A stretch of DNA of 32,511 nucleotides, filler included, from Licmophora abbreviata (Eukaryota): NCBI GenBank assembly GCA_900291995.1. It is 29 parts of 29 records of this genome, joined end to end, with 100 filler letters (N's around TTAATTAATTAA, not from the genome) between each part and the next. Parts side by side here need not be neighbours in the genome. Positions count along the whole stretch, not along the records: positions 22,631 to 23,644 come from OLMU01006790.1; positions 23,745 to 24,761 come from OLMU01006791.1; positions 24,862 to 25,871 come from OLMU01006792.1; positions 25,972 to 26,984 come from OLMU01006793.1; positions 27,085 to 28,095 come from OLMU01006794.1; positions 28,196 to 29,204 come from OLMU01006795.1; positions 29,305 to 30,310 come from OLMU01006797.1; positions 30,411 to 31,411 come from OLMU01006798.1; 21 more parts are not named here. One strand, given 5' to 3'. The notes beneath the pieces were generated by a model that was not told the DNA's origin, made no database searches, and saw only the letters and a program-made list of their open reading frames with translations. Below are positions 23,644 through 32,511 of this stretch, piece after piece. The translations under genes were made by a program, and so were the position numbers. Every line of letters starts with the position of its first letter. Within the stretch, counting starts at the first letter, position 1.

Positions 23644-23779
23644 CNNNNNNNNNNNNNNNNNNNNNNNNNNNNNNNNNNNNNNNNNNNNTTAATTAATTAA
23701 NNNNNNNNNNNNNNNNNNNNNNNNNNNNNNNNNNNNNNNNNNNNCGAACCAAGTTGCCATCGAAACTTCCAACTCTTGA

Positions 23780-24761
23780 ATGAAGCACACACAACTAGGT
23801 ACAAGAAGCAAAGGAAGCAAGAGGAAAGCTATTGCATGGACAATGCCGTCAACCATTCTGATTCCATTCTCAGCAAGGAACCGTTCTCTGAGACGCCAGG
23901 AAACGGTCCTCCTGACGCGAAAGGTTTCCTATTCCAACCCCGTTCCAAACGCAGCGGCCATGGAGAAAGCCCAGATTGGTGTTCTCGAGAAAGCAGAGTG
24001 GTGGGGCTTGACCATGCTGGACACAGATACTGGCACCCCCTGGCTAGGCACCCGAGCACACAAAAAGAAGTCTAAGGACAAGTATGAGGGTTTGCTTGGA
24101 AATCTTGGTCGTTTCTTTATTGAAATTGGAGACTACGAGTCGCTATTGATCCTTCTCGACACCGCGCCTCGAAACTGCATCGCAATGAACCCGCACAGCA
24201 TTGCACTGTTCGCAAAGTATAAACGTGGCATCGAAGGTTCCCTCCTCAAGGACAAGGATGAGGGTGGCAACACAGTCTTGAACGTGCACGGGGAGGCCAT
24301 CATGTGTACGGGTGAGTGGAAAGACCCCGACTGCGTCGACGGCTTGAACACGGCTATCAACACTCTCCATCAGGTGCGCGGTCACTCTGGCCCCTTCAAG
24401 GAGTTCCGCCCAGACTGCAGGAGTCTCCCACTGGAGGAAGCATTCAAGGGCTGTCAGTCTCATGCGGGTTTCCCTCAGCTACGTCGTCAAGGATCTCCAG
24501 TGCTGTCTGAGACTTGGCGTGACTTCAAAAAGAAGAATCAAAAGGATGGAGCTGGATATCAGAGTCATGGATGTCAGCATCTTCTTCCCAGTGATATCCG
24601 TCGCTTCCGAGAGAACCTGCTCAACACAAACACTCTTGCGGGCCTGCAGCTGTATTTGATCATCCTCATTGCCGTCAAGCTCTTTCTTCGCCAAGACGAA
24701 TTTCATCGCATCGCATTCCAGGACATCCTGACACACATGACGATCGTGACTGCAAGTGGCG
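23780..24761 (+). mobile_element. Probable Crypton-like tyrosine recombinase, N-terminal part
   Basis: A long ORF ending in LLPSDIRRFRENLL..LQLYLIILIAVKLFLRQDE, which resembles the YR box I LRxxE context. The later catalytic residues would lie beyond the contig end. Confidence 0.5.
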
Positions 24762-24861
24762 NNNNNNNNNNNNNNNNNNNNNNNNNNNNNNNNNNNNNNN
24801 NNNNNTTAATTAATTAANNNNNNNNNNNNNNNNNNNNNNNNNNNNNNNNNNNNNNNNNNNN

Positions 24862-24955
24862 AACGCATTAGTTCTTTTTTCAAGTGTTTTCTGCTTGACT
24901 TGAGAGTGCTCGCTCGTTCCGAGACTGCCTCTTCAATCGTCGTACTCGGTGCCAT
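24862..24955 (-). CDS. Possible 5' end of an unknown gene
   Basis: MAPSTTIEEAVSERASTLKSSRKHLKKELMR runs off the contig, preceded by a CA-rich leader. Confidence 0.3.
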
Positions 24956-25716
24956 CGCGTGGTTCTTGGTGGTCTGCTCTCTTGCTGTGGTTGAGCCCAC
25001 TGTCGTTGGTTATGGCGGTGGACAGTGGATGTTGGAGTGTTTTGATTTGCATGACTTCAACGCTTTCGGCGACCTCTGCGCGTGCAATTGCCGCCGAAAT
25101 TGTATTTCTTGTATGATACTGGTATTGTAGTGAAATTTTGCTTTTTTTTGTCTTACCGGAAGCGCACGTGGAGCTTCTCAGCTCCACAGAACGTTTGTGT
25201 TTCGGTGTTATCTCTGGAAGGTGCGCCCGTGGGCCGTCAATGGTTTACTGATTTTTTCAGGTGGCATTGCATATCGTTAGTCTACCTGGTACGAGTAGGG
25301 TGCAGGTACCGGTAACCGTGTACCGGTATCGTAGGTAAGGATGCAGGATGGAGCGTTCGTCAACGCAATCTCAGCCGGCTTGCGTGTATTATATTAAGCT
25401 AAGTGTCGTAGATACATATACTTTTATTTACGTCTTCAAGCGCATAGCTGTGTATATCAATTGCAGGCAATGCCAAGCTGGAAGTAAAATTTTATCATAC
25501 GTACTCGTAGGCAGTGTCGCCGGTACTGGTACTGGAACCACACTACGAAATGTATCGTACGATAGCAAAACGCTCATCACACGCACAGGCTGCCGTCACA
25601 TTGCAACCTCGGATGACGTTGCGTGTTGCGGCGACAGCAACCGGCGGAGCGCTTTGAGCCTCGATACAGCAAGAGTAGCGAAACTCAGAAGTGGCACGCA
25701 CCAGAAGTCAATCAAC

Positions 25717-25871
25717 ATGGTGAAGGAAAACCACAACAGCAATGAGGCATCCGCAAGAAGCGAGGAGAAAAATGCCAAGAGATCCACTGCCTACATGCCC
25801 AATATAGATGGCCTCCGAGGGCTCGGCGTGCTACTTGTCATCCTGTATCACCTCGGATACAGTTACATGCG
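25717..25871 (+). CDS. Acyltransferase-3 (OafA/YrhL-like) protein, 5' end
   Basis: YMPNIDGLRGLGVLLVILYH is the canonical Acyl_transf_3 first-helix motif (DGLR-x10-H). Confidence 0.85.
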
Positions 25872-25973
25872 NNNNNNNNNNNNNNNNNNNNNNNNNNNNN
25901 NNNNNNNNNNNNNNNTTAATTAATTAANNNNNNNNNNNNNNNNNNNNNNNNNNNNNNNNNNNNNNNNNNNNAG

Positions 25974-26984
25974 AACCTTGTCGCCCTCGCCAACGACTAC
26001 CGCGAGGACGCCAACGAACTCTCCTCCGCCGGCCAGTACGACCATAAACTGACGCTCGTCATGCTTGAGACGTTCCTTTCCTCAGGCGGCGAAGGCAACG
26101 AAGACTTCCGCCACCCCCTCCGAACTCTCAAGGAAAAGCTCCACAAGATTCTACTGGAGATCCCGTTCCTCGCTCCCGACGACGCCAACCGCCGAATGCA
26201 ATCGGAAGGTCTCACGTACCGTCGCATCCTGGAGGACGTGACGGATCGCTACCGCGACGCGATCTCGAACGGAAAATGGCCGCCAGCTCGCCACAACCCC
26301 GACTCCAAAGCAGCACCGACTTCCTTTGACCAAGCCTCCGTTCGTCAAGTCAACGCCCTCATCCAGACGGCGCTGAAGACCGCCGGCAACCCAGACGACG
26401 TCTGTCTCCACTGCGGCGAGAAGGGACACTGGGCCCGAAGCTGCCCCAAGAAACAGAACCAGCGTTCCCGGCCCAACAACAACAACTCTAATCGCCGTCC
26501 CTCTCGCCCCTCTCGCCCAGGACCGACCAACAAGCGCGTATCCCTCCGCTCTCTGACGAAACCCGGCCCAGGTGAGCCCCAGTCCAAGACCTACGAGGGC
26601 CTTGACATCCAGTGGTGCGACCACTGCAACCGCTGGTCGACGACACACAACACGTCAACCCACACCGGTCCCAAAACGAAGCAGCAGCCCACGAAGAAGC
26701 CCCAAGCCAACACCATCCGCTTGGATCCATCAGCTTGGACCGCCTTCCACGCTACCTCCTTCGACTCTCCGGTTGATTGTCATTTGCCCACTCCTCTTCG
26801 AACCGCTCTCACCATCCTGGCCGTCGCCTTGATGCTCGTCGGCGGCCTCGTCGCCATCGAACACCACCTCCCGACGACGGCCCACGTCATTCAGCACCTC
26901 TCCTCCCACTGGCGCTGCTATGCAGCTCTGGCCCACTACCTGGTCCTGCATGCCACCGTCCTCTGGCTCCGCTTCCGTGTTCCT
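25974..26984 (+). mobile_element. LTR retrotransposon (probably copia) gag C-terminal region with a zinc knuckle
   Basis: A CX2CX4HX4C knuckle (CLHCGEKGHWARSC) and a second motif (WCDHCNRWSTTHNTSTH), open across the whole contig. Confidence 0.75.
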
Positions 26985-27084
26985 NNNNNNNNNNNNNNNN
27001 NNNNNNNNNNNNNNNNNNNNNNNNNNNNTTAATTAATTAANNNNNNNNNNNNNNNNNNNNNNNNNNNNNNNNNNNNNNNNNNNN

Positions 27085-27633
27085 GGCTCCATCTCGACGA
27101 ACGCCGCCGCCGCATACTTGCTCCGACTCCAGGCTCTCCACCAGCGGTACCACCGCTACGTTCCAACGCTGTCCTATCTACCCGGTCCCCTCAACGCCAT
27201 GGCCGATGATGCTTCCCGGTTGTGGAATCTCAATGACGACGCGTTACTCACACATTTCAATCTTCACTATCCGCAGCGCCTCCCGTGGCAGCTCTACCAA
27301 CCCACATCCTCGATGCTTTCTGCCACGATCTCCGCTCTGCGAAGAAAGCGGCCCGATCCGGCGTCGTTTCTTCACGCGCCAACGCCGCCGACTCCCACTG
27401 GCGTACCTGGACCAGCTTCTGCCAGTCCCTTCACCTGGATCCATCCCTCACGGAAATCGACGACCCGACCACCCTTCTCCAAGTCTACATGCACCGCTAT
27501 CGAACTGGCGACATTGCCCCCCGTCACCAACCAGTCCGAGCTCGAACAGTGGAGGACTCCCTACGGGCGGTCGGTCAAAACTTCGCGTCCATGGGGGCCC
27601 CGGACCCACGCCTCAACACTTTCGGCAAATTAG
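27085..27633 (+). mobile_element. DIRS/Ngaro-type retrotransposon: RNase H C-terminus
   Basis: GSISTNAAAAYLLRL..HQRYHRY..YLPGPLNAMADDASRL..HFN..YPQ..W. Clearly homologous to, but divergent from, 8285..8992. Confidence 0.88.
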
Positions 27634-28095
27634 ACTTCCGGCTCCAACGTCAGCTCGCCGGATACAAACGCCAAGACCCTCCTCCTGATCGGGTCAAACC
27701 GATCCCTCTTCAGATTGTCCGTCATGTGCTCAACATTGCCTTCGCCAATGAATCAACCGGAAACCAGGCCATCGCCGATATGATCGTACTGGCTTTCTTC
27801 TTCCTTCTGCGGCCTGGCGAGTACACGGGCGCCCCTTCTGACACGACCCCATTCAAACTCCAAGACGTCCAGTTCTGGATCGGCCGACAGCGGCATCAAG
27901 CAGCGACCATCCCGATACCCGACCTAGCCCGAGTCACCTTTGCCACCCTCACCTTCACCACACAGAAGAACGGGGTGCGCAACGAGGTCATCGGCCTGGG
28001 TCGCAGCGGCGAACAATTCCTGTGTCCCGTCCTCGCCCTCACCCGTCGTGTCGCTCATCTGCGCCAATCCACAGCCACCCTTGACACACCCTTGG
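27237..28095 (+). CDS. Tyrosine recombinase of the DIRS/Ngaro-type element, overlapping RNase H in the -1 frame, 3' truncated
   Basis: N-terminal binding domain (WRTWTSFC, VRARTVEDSLRAVGQ, DPRL), box I AFFFLLRPGEY, catalytic Lys in TTQKNG, and CPVLAL. The frame opens after TGA at 27234-27236. Confidence 0.92.
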
Positions 28096-28195
28096 NNNNN
28101 NNNNNNNNNNNNNNNNNNNNNNNNNNNNNNNNNNNNNNNTTAATTAATTAANNNNNNNNNNNNNNNNNNNNNNNNNNNNNNNNNNNNNNNNNNNN

Positions 28196-29179
28196 TTCAT
28201 CCGCTACCTGGCATAGCCTCAACAACTTGGATACCCCAACCGTGCCAAAGTACTTGGTGGGCGTTTTCTCCTTGTCAGCTTGTCGACTCGCCATGTCCGC
28301 CTGCCGGTTGGCTCGGTTGTCGGCAACCAGGTTGTTGAGTCCAGCCGCAATGGCGTTACCTGCCGCCAGCGTCGCGCCCGCTCCCAATGCCGGGAGGTCT
28401 CTCGTCACGAGACCCCAACGACGTTCCACTAGCGCCGGAAGCGCGAGAGGCACCGTGGGCAACGGACGGCCCAAACGCGAAGCCGGCGCATCCGGTTCAC
28501 GTACTAGCGCGACCCGAAGCCAGTCTAAGACCGGAGCACACGCCACCTCGTTTCCATCGTTGACGATGGCGCCTGCTACCTGCTCCCACGCCGCTCGAGG
28601 GTGGAGCGGATGAGCAAGCAGTAGTTTCACGTAACGAAACGGCAACAGCACGGTGTTGCGTACTCTCACCACTTCGGTGGCAGCGTCATCGGGATCAGGA
28701 GGATCAAACATAGTGACTGCTGGGTCGGCCATCGCTTGATCAATCGCCGCTTTGGTTGGGACTCGAACGCCTCCCCCATTAACTTGATGGAAACACGTCG
28801 CTTCCCACAGCAGCGTAGGCGGAGCTTGTCCTCGCACGATGTCACCAACGAAAGCGTAACCTTGTCCATCAAAAGGAGTCGGGACCCCCAGCTGTGGGTC
28901 AAAGCGCTGAAGACGATGGAAAACCGTGACCCGACCTTCAGGTTGATCGGGCCCCACGACCAGTAGCAAGAACGCCTGGGGATCGACCGTAGCCGACTGA
29001 TACACAGCCGTCGCAATCGAATGTGGGGGCGGCGCCCCCACCATGGGGACCTCGAACGTCCTCATCATGTTAGCGTAGTTTCCACCTGCGCCGTCGTGCG
29101 CATCATCGTTGTAAAAGGCGGCGTAGTCGCGGTTCTGAGCCGCGGCCACGTGGCCCAACGGAGGTACAGGCGCATCCAT
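28196..29179 (-). CDS. Hypothetical protein, possibly the gag-like ORF1 of a YR retrotransposon, 3' truncated
   Basis: An intronless GC-rich ORF of about 328 codons from ATG 29179, with VRVRNTVLLPFRYV..HPRAAW..CAPVLDWLRVAL. The element assignment is recalled resemblance only. Confidence 0.45.
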
Positions 29180-29304
29180 GTTATGGGTGTAGCTCTGTGT
29201 TACCNNNNNNNNNNNNNNNNNNNNNNNNNNNNNNNNNNNNNNNNNNNNTTAATTAATTAANNNNNNNNNNNNNNNNNNNNNNNNNNNNNNNNNNNNNNNN
29301 NNNN

Positions 29305-30310
29305 AGAATTGTGACGACTGTCGCCTATGTGGTGTCGAAGGCGATTTGCTGCGCTGCGACGGCTGTACGGCAAGCTATCATCCTCAGTGCATTGGGCTGA
29401 GATCCGATCAGTCGTTGCCTGAGGGGAAATGGCTCTGCCCAGAATGTCTTGTCACCGATCCGGCCAACTTCGGGCCGCTTCGTGGCGGAAAAAAGCCGTC
29501 TATCGAATGGTTTACACTGGATGATATTCGAGCCGCTCAACATTTCACTTCGCGTATGGATTGTGGGGCGCAGACGACCGCCATGGAAGCCGATGGATAT
29601 TCAGACAGACCATCGGCACATCTGTCGATCATAGCAGAGACTCGTATGTCGGATCTTTGGGAACAGACGCAGCTATTGGTTGTTCATGGCTTTGCATTTG
29701 CAAGACGTAATCGCGTCAGCAAACTTCACCGCATGTCTGATGAGTCCAACATTCCCAACCTTGTGCCGTTGTCTCAAATGGAGCTCTTTGAGGCCTTGCG
29801 TACGGTGGGGCCTGTCCTTGTTCACAGTGGCCTCTTGCTCAGCTTGTTTTAAATCCAACGAAATTGTGGGGTGTCGCCGAGAGAGGGCGAGAGGAGCATT
29901 TCAATCGTTTTTTTGTTGGACGATCCTCTTACGATCCGTCTACATACACCAGCAAGTATCGTCATGCAGCACTACCACGCCTCTACAAGGTGGGAACCAG
30001 TCTGAGGGTCCAACCGCTACTCCTCTCCGACTATGAATCTGAATATACCAAGGTCGACACTCATCTCGTATCGAACTTGATGACACGAGAATTTATTGAT
30101 GACAAAATCTTCCATTGTCTTCGAACTACACATACGTTGTTCGACCCATACCGGATACTGTCAGCATACCTTGAGAGCCTTGAGGATAGATTGAAGAAGG
30201 CGCTGCTGTTGACTGAACTTTGGAATATCAGGAAGGACCACTTTGTCGCGAATGATTGGGCTTCGAGAGTGAGATCGTCCAGGTCTATTTGCAGGTTGTC
30301 GACGCTCGCC
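29305..30310 (+). CDS. PHD-finger chromatin protein, internal fragment with one frameshift near 29820
   Basis: CRLCGVEGDLLRCDGCTASYHPQC..EGKWLCPEC is a C4HC3 PHD finger. Adding one T near 29820 joins it to the 29864..30358 frame (CSQWPLAQLVLNPTKLWGV). Confidence 0.85.
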
Positions 30311-30411
30311 NNNNNNNNNNNNNNNNNNNNNNNNNNNNNNNNNNNNNNNNNNNNTTAATTAATTAANNNNNNNNNNNNNNNNNNNNNNNNNNNNNNNNNN
30401 NNNNNNNNNNG

Positions 30412-31014
30412 GGCTCTGAAAGTGCAATCGATGAAGACATGCGAATCGAGGGGACCACAGCTTACTTGTCGCCTGAAGTTGTCATGGGCGCCATACCATC
30501 CACTGCTTCCGACTCGTGGGCTCTTGGTTGTGTCTTGTATCAGTGCTTGTCGGGTAGACCACCTTTGATTGACCAAGACGACGAAAAAACTCGACATCGG
30601 ATAGTCACATTTCAGGAACCGACCTCATCAAATGGCGTTGACCCTCTCTTTTCGGAAAAACACGCAAGTGGTATCACCGCCAAAGCCCAAGCCCTAATTC
30701 GACAGCTCCTTTCTCGTGAACCATCTCTGCGTCCAAACATGATGCAGATATCTGGGGACGCATTTTTTGGTGGTATGGACTGCTTCAATTTGCACCGCAT
30801 GGAGGCTCCACCTCTGGACGTGGGCAGCGTGGCACCAGGCGCAGAAGATGCTCAGTGGACACGTCGTCAGTTTAGCTCCATATGGGCTCCTCAGCCGAAA
30901 GCGTATGATCTCTCTGGCGATGTCGCTGGGGCCCTTGGTGCTTCCACAACTTGTTCAGGACCGATCCCAGAAGGCGAAGAAGCCAATTCATTCTTTGCCA
31001 CAACTCGTCCATGA
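30412..31014 (+). CDS. Ser/Thr kinase (PDK1/AGC-like), C-terminal part
   Basis: EGTTAYLSPE, SDSWALGCVLYQCLSGRPP and AQALIRQLLSREPSLRP. Confidence 0.85.
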   Translation, partial: GSESAIDEDMRIEGTTAYLSPEVVMGAIPSTASDSWALGCVLYQCLSGRPPLIDQDDEKTRHRIVTFQEPTSSNGVDPLFSEKHASGITAKAQALIRQLLSREPSLRPNMMQISGDAFFGGMDCFNLHRMEAPPLDVGSVAPGAEDAQWTRRQFSSIWAPQPKAYDLSGDVAGALGASTTCSGPIPEGEEANSFFATTRP

Positions 31015-31182
31015 GTCCCGTCCTGTCCGTACAGGACGCCACCTAGCTAGATCATATTATTGCAACTGACGGCGCTACCATCGACAGTAAGGTCTCTACA
31101 ACTTAAATGCAATGGCTACTACGGTTACCGAACATCGTCGTAACTCTCTCTGATGGTCCACCAGTTTATCAAATTTTCAATT

Positions 31183-31410
31183 TTAAGCTACCTCAGCGAT
31201 GACGATATCCTCCTTAACGGACACCCCTTCACACGTAAGGAACTGTTCAGCAATTGCCGCCTGATCGGAAGAGAGGCAAAGGCCAGCGGTCTCGTCGTCA
31301 CCTGAGGGGCCGAGGCACCACACACAGGGATCACCGTCCTGGTCCTCAGTAGTGTCACAGATCGATTTGCCATCCGGGTTTTGGAATGCAGCAAGAATAC
31401 AGGACGGATC
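31183..31410 (-). CDS. 3' end of an acidic Cys-rich, probably secreted protein (absent from the ORF track)
   Basis: Manual translation gives DPSCILAAFQNPDGKSICDTTEDQDGDPCVWCLGPSGDDETAGLCLSSDQAAIAEQFLTCEGVSVKEDIVIAEVA*. Convergent with the kinase. Confidence 0.7.
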   Translation of the reverse strand, partial: DPSCILAAFQNPDGKSICDTTEDQDGDPCVWCLGPSGDDETAGLCLSSDQAAIAEQFLTCEGVSVKEDIVIAEVA

Positions 31411-31883
31411 CNNNNNNNNNNNNNNNNNNNNNNNNNNNNNNNNNNNNNNNNNNNNTTAATTAATTAANNNNNNNNNNNNNNNNNNNNNNNNNNNNNNNNN
31501 NNNNNNNNNNNTCGTTTTGACGTGTTTCTGTATTAATTTAGCGGAGCTCGCGAAATAATTGATTGACCCGAAACATTTCAAGCCACAGTCACGGTCCTTT
31601 ACTTTATATGAACTTGTAGCGGCATGGTTACTACGAAGTAGAAGGAGTCGGTAATAATAACGCTCCCTTACACTTTTGACATCCAAATCGATGTTACGTA
31701 AACTGACTAGGGTCTTGCGTGCACGCAGTATATATTCTACGTGTGACATCATCAATACCAGAAAAAGGTGATTCTACGTAACCTGCGTGCCCTAGAATCA
31801 GTCTGTCAGTCGACTGAAGACATTCTCACGAAAGTCTCACACACAAGAAGTCACTCATCACACGAGAGAAAAAGCCCGACGAT

Positions 31884-32511
31884 ATGGATGAAAGCAAGTC
31901 GTCGTTTCGTAGCGCGCCCACAACGGAGACGAGATCGCATCCGCCACAAAAGGCACCTAAGGCGTATCAAAGGTCCCCAAGATTTAACTACTGGCTACTC
32001 TTCTTCTTGTTCAGCCTCATTGTCGCGGGATCATCCATCGAAGCAGTAAGTGAGGTGCTCGATGATGACCCCCTGGCATTTTCACGTTCAAGTCTCGTAG
32101 AACTTGTACTGGGGATGATAAAATTCGAAATGTCTCTCCGCGACACGCCAAGCAAACCGTTCAGACTAGGGTGGTGAATTCCGAGATGAAGACTGTACCT
32201 GTATTGTCAAGACTAACCCACTTCTCACTTGACTCTTTTCTCGTCTTCACTCATAGTCTGATCGAGTGCATGATACAGAACGCGGGATACGAAACCAGAA
32301 ATGGGCTGTCGCGTGTTCCATGGCGACCTTTGTCGTTGCCTTGGTAGTGGTTGTCATGCATATCTCGCCGGGCGGATCCCTGTTGATTATAGGGACTAAA
32401 TTGGAGGGCTTTACGTGCCTACTTATGATAGCTTTATGGTCTGCCCTGGTAGCAGTGATATCTGATACTGCAAACGGTCTGGCTGTGGAAGGCGACGGGG
32501 GTGTCTCGTTC
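31884..32511 (+). CDS. Multi-pass membrane protein, 5' part, one intron (32046..32256)
   Basis: GTAAGT donor, CTAAC branch point near 32213 and CATAG acceptor give an in-phase join: ..SSIEA|SDRVHD..QKWAVACS..GTKLEG..GLAV, with several hydrophobic helices. Confidence 0.75.

Noticed and set aside
22631..24761. Phage tail gene next to a recombinase-like ORF read as a prophage
   Set aside because: They are on separate contigs with different GC content, and the adjacency comes from size sorting.
25972..29204. gag + RNase H + YR + ORF read as one complete element
   Set aside because: These are three unlinked contigs, and the gag fragment looks LTR/copia-type rather than DIRS-type.

Overview
This window is not a contiguous locus. 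It is 29 unrelated contigs of about 1.00-1.04 kb, in roughly decreasing size order, joined by 28 identical 100-nt artificial linkers (N44-TTAATTAATTAA-N44, which puts stop codons in all six frames). Adjacency across linkers therefore has no biological meaning. Most contigs look like nuclear DNA of a photosynthetic stramenopile, most likely a diatom (inference). They include spliced or partial genes: three protein kinases, three sulfotransferases, a class C GPCR, an MscS-like channel, CtpA, ZC3H15/Tma46, a PHD-finger protein and an acyltransferase-3. They also include many transposon fragments: Ty1/copia gag, integrase and RT; two DIRS/Ngaro-type tyrosine-recombinase (YR) retrotransposons; a non-LTR endonuclease; and a probable Crypton-like YR. 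One contig is mitochondrial-type, with a 60-nt cox1 mini-exon between a group II intron (HNH-bearing ORF, textbook domain V) and a second intron. Two contigs are bacterial: Rhodobacteraceae-like rpsL-rpsG-fusA and a phage tail-tip gene. Many frameshifts sit in homopolymers and are probably base-calling errors. I cannot support a multi-gene novel system here. The best leads lie within single contigs: an AUG-less, -1-frame YR ORF conserved in two divergent elements, a YR-like protein with a Cys/His cluster, the intron-flanked cox1 mini-exon, and a gag ORF followed by membrane-like segments.
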